Shown here in pieces: positions 62,655 through 64,000 of a stretch of DNA of 64,000 nucleotides (position 1 is the stretch's first letter; every line of letters begins with the position of its first letter). The DNA is taken from the NCBI GenBank assembly GCA_031430035.1, contig JANPAS010000083.1, positions 36,769-100,768 of the forward strand, read 5' to 3'. Position numbers and translations under genes: made by a program. The notes below the pieces were generated by a model. It searched no databases. It was given only the letters and a program-made list of their open reading frames with translations, and had not been told where the DNA came from. Source of the DNA: Comamonadaceae bacterium (GTDB lineage Bacteria; Pseudomonadota; Gammaproteobacteria; Burkholderiales; Burkholderiaceae_C).

Positions 62655-63505
62655 TTTAAAAGTTGATCAATGCCTTGCTGCCAAGGTGGGGGTGTGATGC
62701 CAAACGTGCGTGTGAGTTTAGAGCAATCGAGCCGTGAATTGCGCGGACGCTGCGCTGGCGTGGGGAATGCCTCGGAGGCCACAGCACGTATGGCCTCTGG
62801 GCTCATCTTCATGGGGAAGCCCATCTCGTGTGCCCTAGCGATGAGGTGGCTGGCGTAGCCGTGCCATGAAACTTCGCCAGCACTGGCAGCGTGGTAGATA
62901 CCAGTGGCGGAGCTGCCAATTACCTGCGCCGTCATATTTGCGAGCCAAGCTGCATCCGTGGGTGAACCGATTTGATCGTCGATGACCGAGAGCGCATCCC
63001 TCTCGCAGGCGAAGCGCAGCATAGTGCTGGCGAAATTGCTGCCCTCTTTTGCATACATCCAGCTGGTGCGAAAAATTAAATACTGACAACCACTGGTCGC
63101 AATAGCCTGCTCACCTGCTAATTTGCTTTTGCCATAAACGTTCAGCGGCGCGGTAGGCGCGTCCTCCGTCCAAGGCGCGCTCCCCGAGCCATTGAATACA
63201 TAGTCAGTGGAGTAGTGAATCAGCCTGCAGCCCATATCCAGTGTGGCCTGCGCCAGTACCGCTGGCGCGGCCGAGTTGATAGCGTGTGCCAACTCTGGCT
63301 CAGATTGAGCTTTGTCGACAGCGGTGTAAGCGGCCGCATTGACGATGACATCGGGCTTGGCGGCAAGCACCAAATCACGCAACTTCAGTGGGTTTAAAAA
63401 ATCTGCGTCAAACCGCCCCCACGCGGTGAGCGCTCCCACTTTGCTAAGACATGGCTGGAGCTCACGCCCCAACTGCCCGTCTTTGCCAAGCAGAAGAATT
63501 TTCAT
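62606..63505 (-). CDS. rmlD: dTDP-4-dehydrorhamnose reductase
   Basis: [31 protein letters not shown]-like segment, [11 protein letters not shown] and YGKSKLAGE. The last ~15 residues ([15 protein letters not shown]) are encoded by the REP-like element. Confidence 0.9.
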   Translation of the reverse strand: MKILLLGKDGQLGRELQPCLSKVGALTAWGRFDADFLNPLKLRDLVLAAKPDVIVNAAAYTAVDKAQSEPELAHAINSAAPAVLAQATLDMGCRLIHYSTDYVFNGSGSAPWTEDAPTAPLNVYGKSKLAGEQAIATSGCQYLIFRTSWMYAKEGSNFASTMLRFACERDALSVIDDQIGSPTDAAWLANMTAQVIGSSATGIYHAASAGEVSWHGYASHLIARAHEMGFPMKMSPEAIRAVASEAFPTPAQRPRNSRLDCSKLTRTFGITPPPWQQGIDQLLNHLHPHPSPLPSRERG

Positions 63506-64000
63506 CGGTTGTCCAAATACCAGCGCACAGTCTTGCGGATGCCTGTTTCAAACGTCTCAGCTGGCTTCCAACCTAGCTCTCGCTCGATCTTGCTGGCATC
63601 AATGGCGTAGCGGCGGTCGTGTCCAGGGCGATCTTTGACGTAGGTGATTTGCTCGGCATACGGCTTGCCGTCCGTGCGCGGGCTCATCTCGTCCAGCACG
63701 CTGCACAGTGTCCGCACCACGTCCAGATTGGGCTGCTCATTCCAGCCGCCTACGTTGTAAACCTCGCCTAAGCGACCTGCTTCCAAGACACGCCGAATCG
63801 CGCTGCAATGGTCGCGCACATAGAGCCAGTCGCGCACTTGCTGGCCGTCGCCATAAATCGGTAGAGGCTTGCCAGTTAAGGCGTTGTGAATGCACAGCGG
63901 AATCAGCTTTTCGGGGAAGTGCAGCGGACCGTAATTGTTGCTGCAATTGGTGGTGAGCACGGGAAGACCGTAGGTGTGGTGGTAGGCGCGGACTAAGTGA
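63502..64000 (-). CDS. rmlB: dTDP-glucose 4,6-dehydratase (N-terminal part beyond the right window edge)
   Basis: [43 protein letters not shown] and [16 protein letters not shown]. The frame stays open to position 64000. Confidence 0.9.
   Translation of the reverse strand, partial: HLVRAYHHTYGLPVLTTNCSNNYGPLHFPEKLIPLCIHNALTGKPLPIYGDGQQVRDWLYVRDHCSAIRRVLEAGRLGEVYNVGGWNEQPNLDVVRTLCSVLDEMSPRTDGKPYAEQITYVKDRPGHDRRYAIDASKIERELGWKPAETFETGIRKTVRWYLDNR

Noticed and set aside
1-64000. A search for CRISPR arrays, tandem repeats, tRNA/rRNA genes, transposases, integrases, toxin-antitoxin pairs or known defence-system genes.
   Set aside because: None were seen. All ORFs longer than 100 aa that are not shadow ORFs are accounted for by housekeeping or glycan-biosynthesis functions, and there is no non-coding gap longer than about 270 nt.

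Overview
This is a 64-kb chromosomal window. It is probably from a betaproteobacterium, inferred from the dapB-bamE-fur and hprK-ptsN gene order plus an H-NS-like gene; there is no rRNA or tRNA in the window to confirm this. Positions 1-9,050 hold ordinary housekeeping genes: a uronate-dehydrogenase-like SDR fragment, a GntR regulator, ccsA, hemE, cca, a GST, dapB, bamE, fur, hprK, ptsN and an hns-like gene. REP-like hairpin elements sit at two gene ends in this stretch.

From about 9,100 to the right edge, and continuing beyond it, lies one very large surface-polysaccharide locus of O-antigen/EPS type. Its composition is visibly mosaic. It has three parts:
- An AT-rich minus-strand edge with a WbpM/PglF-like dehydratase, a small phosphoglycosyl transferase and a truncated glycosyltransferase remnant.
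- A 48.5-kb array of 46 co-directional plus-strand genes (12,089-60,576), most of them with overlapping stop and start codons.
- A convergent minus-strand rmlB-D-A-C-rfaH operon.

The plus-strand array encodes:
- An EPS-type MarR regulator and galE.
- GDP-mannose, GDP-fucose and perosamine genes: manC, fcl, gmd, a Per-like aminotransferase and an N-formyltransferase.
- A fused ABC exporter.
- An unusual cassette mixing GDP-heptose-type enzymes with a NeuB-type synthase fusion and a CMP-transferase, followed by tailoring enzymes.
- CDP-hexose genes (rfbF, rfbG, rfbH) together with a C-methyltransferase and a split transketolase.
- An FnlA/2-epimerase/RmlD-like trio for a UDP-L-6-deoxy-HexNAc sugar.
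- About nine glycosyltransferases, a pyruvyl transferase, and two large polytopic membrane proteins that look Wzy-like.

I saw no transposase, integrase, CRISPR array, tRNA or rRNA.

The best candidates for new biology are:
- The heptose/ulosonic-acid cassette at 18.8-29.4 kb.
- Two unannotatable sialyltransferase-like proteins at 33.3-35.6 kb.
- The CDP-sugar/transketolase branch module at 38.8-49.2 kb.
- The fused 825-aa membrane protein.

All functional calls rest on my reading of the translated ORFs and recognised motifs. No database search was run.
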